A DNA stretch of 64,000 nt, from NCBI GenBank assembly GCA_049975265.1, contig JBNGDF010000006.1, forward strand, positions 2,360-66,359. Direction: 5' to 3'. The notes under the pieces are model-generated. The model made no database searches. It worked only from the letters and a program-made list of their open reading frames with translations, and was not told the DNA's origin. A program made the translations under genes and the position numbers. Shown here piece by piece: positions 62,147 to 64,000 of the stretch (the stretch's first letter is position 1; the number at the start of each line of letters is the position of its first letter). This stretch comes from Fidelibacterota bacterium (GTDB taxonomy: Bacteria; Fidelibacterota; UBA2242).

Positions 62147-63409
62147 TCAATCGGCGACGATTTCGACTTCCGAAATAAGCCACTGACGCAGCCATTCCCA
62201 AATCCGCCTGTAACAGCGGCATCGGAAACGAACATATTTATCGGAAAAGGATTGCTCGGTTATCATGCAGTTGTCCCGCACCAGTGCAATGGCGCGGGTA
62301 TTCTCCAGCGGCAGTTCGATGTGAAAAGCCACCTCATCCGCCCGCAGTTTCATAAGAATATGCCTACGCAACTCACCGATCTTCAGATGTTTTAACGCCG
62401 AAATATAAAGGGCACCAGGCTGATCCCTTTTCACCATACCAAGCAGATCCCGGTCCATGCTATCAATTTTATTAAAAATTGTCAGGGACGGAATGGAAAA
62501 CAGCCCCAACTCCATCAGAATCTCATTTACCGTATTCAGATGGTCAAGACAGGCAGAATTGCTGATGTCGATGACCTTCAGAATCAGGTCGGCATCGCCC
62601 GCCTCCTGCAGCGTACTCCGAAAGGATGCCACCAGGTTCGGCGGCAGTTTGCGAATAAAACCCACCGTATCACTCAGCAGGACACTGTGATGTTTGTCGA
62701 TTCTCCATTGCCGCACGGTGGTATCCAGCGTGGCAAACAGTTTATTCTCCACCAAAACCGAGGCATTGGTTAGAAGGTTCAAGAGAGTCGATTTACCCGC
62801 GTTGGTATAACCCACAAGCGCAACCCGATACTGGCTATCGCGTCCTTTGCGCTGGGTTTCCCGTTCCCGGTCAATCCGCTGCAGGTCTTTTTTCAATCGT
62901 GCAATCCGGGTCCGGATCAGGCGGCGGTCCACCTCAATCTGAGTTTCACCAGCACCGCTGCGCATGCGGGTACCGCCGATTTGTCGCTCCAGATGGGTCC
63001 AGCGTCTGGTCAGGCGGGGTAAAAGATACTCCAGTGACGCCAGCTCAACCTGGGTTTTTGCCTCTTTTGTACGGGCATGACTGGCAAAAATCTCCAGAAT
63101 GACGCTGCTCCGGTCACGGATTTCGACATTTAATATTTTCTCCAGATTACGCAACTGGGTTGGCGAGAGATCATCATCAAAAATGACCTCGTCAACCGCC
63201 AGCGCCGGCAGCAGGGTAGCAAGCTCAGCAACCTTACCTTTACCGATGTAGAGAGACGGGGAAATCTGTTTACGGTGGACCAGATAATAATCGGCGACCT
63301 CATAGCCCAGCGTACGGACAAGCGCGCTCAGTTCCGCCAGATGCTCTTCCACCGTTTCCCGGCGGCGCAACGGCAGAATGACGCCCACCAGGATGACCCG
63401 CTCAGCCAT
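62147..63409 (-). CDS. hflX: GTPase HflX
   Basis: GKGK, QVELA.L.Y.LPRL, GETQIE.DRR, GYTNAGKST, LFATLD, DTVGFI, NKID. Confidence 0.97.
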   Translation of the reverse strand: MAERVILVGVILPLRRRETVEEHLAELSALVRTLGYEVADYYLVHRKQISPSLYIGKGKVAELATLLPALAVDEVIFDDDLSPTQLRNLEKILNVEIRDRSSVILEIFASHARTKEAKTQVELASLEYLLPRLTRRWTHLERQIGGTRMRSGAGETQIEVDRRLIRTRIARLKKDLQRIDRERETQRKGRDSQYRVALVGYTNAGKSTLLNLLTNASVLVENKLFATLDTTVRQWRIDKHHSVLLSDTVGFIRKLPPNLVASFRSTLQEAGDADLILKVIDISNSACLDHLNTVNEILMELGLFSIPSLTIFNKIDSMDRDLLGMVKRDQPGALYISALKHLKIGELRRHILMKLRADEVAFHIELPLENTRAIALVRDNCMITEQSFSDKYVRFRCRCYRRIWEWLRQWLISEVEIVAD

Positions 63410-64000
63410 TTTTCAGACTCTCTTTGGTTTTTCGGTTCATACGACCAATATAAGTCTCCGCCAGTGCCAGAATCAAGACCAGCCCCATCAACCAGTTGCT
63501 GAACTCCCGGCTATGTTCCAGAGGCTGTAAACCGCTGTCGGTATCACTGAAAACGACATTCAGCCTGCCGTGATAGTCACGTAAAATTTTTTCAAATTCC
63601 TCAATTCCAAAAAAACCTTCCTCGGTCTCCTCCTCCGGAATGTTCACGGCATACTGAGTTATCTGCCGTCCCTGCGATAATATTTCATAAAAACCCGCTT
63701 GCCCGGTATCCTCAAACCGGATAGGATCCTCCGTCCCCAGCGGCAGTTTGATCCGACGGTTGTCAGGCGTCCGAACGACCAAATCCTCGCGAATATTCAG
63801 GCGTGCCGGCGAGATTAACAGCGTATCGCCGCACTCCAGCTTCAAGCCCGCTATTTCCTGTTGAGACAGGTAAAAAACCAGACGATTCAGCACCGTCGGG
63901 AAAAAGCCGGTTAACGGAAGGTTACTCCAGTCGGCTACCGGCGCCGCGGCGGTCAGGATACCACGGTGAACATCAGAAAGGACTTCAATCATAAAGGGTG
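63402..64000 (-). CDS. C-terminal part of a BatA/VWA-type membrane protein (extends beyond window)
   Basis: Frame open to the edge; WSNLPL..FFP, T.QAGFY, AVN....E, terminal TM with ALAE. Confidence 0.6.
   Translation of the reverse strand, partial: PFMIEVLSDVHRGILTAAAPVADWSNLPLTGFFPTVLNRLVFYLSQQEIAGLKLECGDTLLISPARLNIREDLVVRTPDNRRIKLPLGTEDPIRFEDTGQAGFYEILSQGRQITQYAVNIPEEETEEGFFGIEEFEKILRDYHGRLNVVFSDTDSGLQPLEHSREFSNWLMGLVLILALAETYIGRMNRKTKESLKNG

Overview
A gene-dense chromosomal window (about 52 CDS) from a diderm bacterium that uses standard code 11: TGA serves as a stop in several ATGA gene overlaps. Gene content suggests the FCB superphylum, possibly Ca. Marinimicrobia. This is an inference from PorV, a T9SS-type C-terminal domain, Gld-like ABC genes, the GlyA insert and the ftsY-rimO adjacency. 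Most of the window is housekeeping and envelope genes: tamB/tamA-clpB, moxR-DUF58, gldAFG-like, nadD, bamD, porV, nrdR-glyA-rpiB, mreBCD-mrdA-rodA, purNH, mtaB, rimO, waaA, tatC, rpsT, guaB, hutH and hflX. No CRISPR array, rRNA or intact tRNA was seen. Standout observations: (1) at the left edge, a tandem array (365-bp period) of small GIY-YIG nuclease genes separated by tRNA-Ser(UGA)-derived spacers, each interrupted by 22-nt double-hairpin inserts in the anticodon and T loops; (2) a selenoprotein truncated in the ORF track, a lipoprotein thioredoxin (W-U-S-S-C)-TPR protein with a candidate SECIS; (3) an in-frame PgsA-like CDP-alcohol phosphotransferase::FtsY fusion; (4) an M6-type pseudo-protease lacking HExxH, in an operon with PorV, an intact metalloprotease-propeller-barrel protein and BamD; (5) a transposase remnant and a Trm112-family gene absent from the ORF track. 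All family assignments come from motif recognition by eye; no searches were run.
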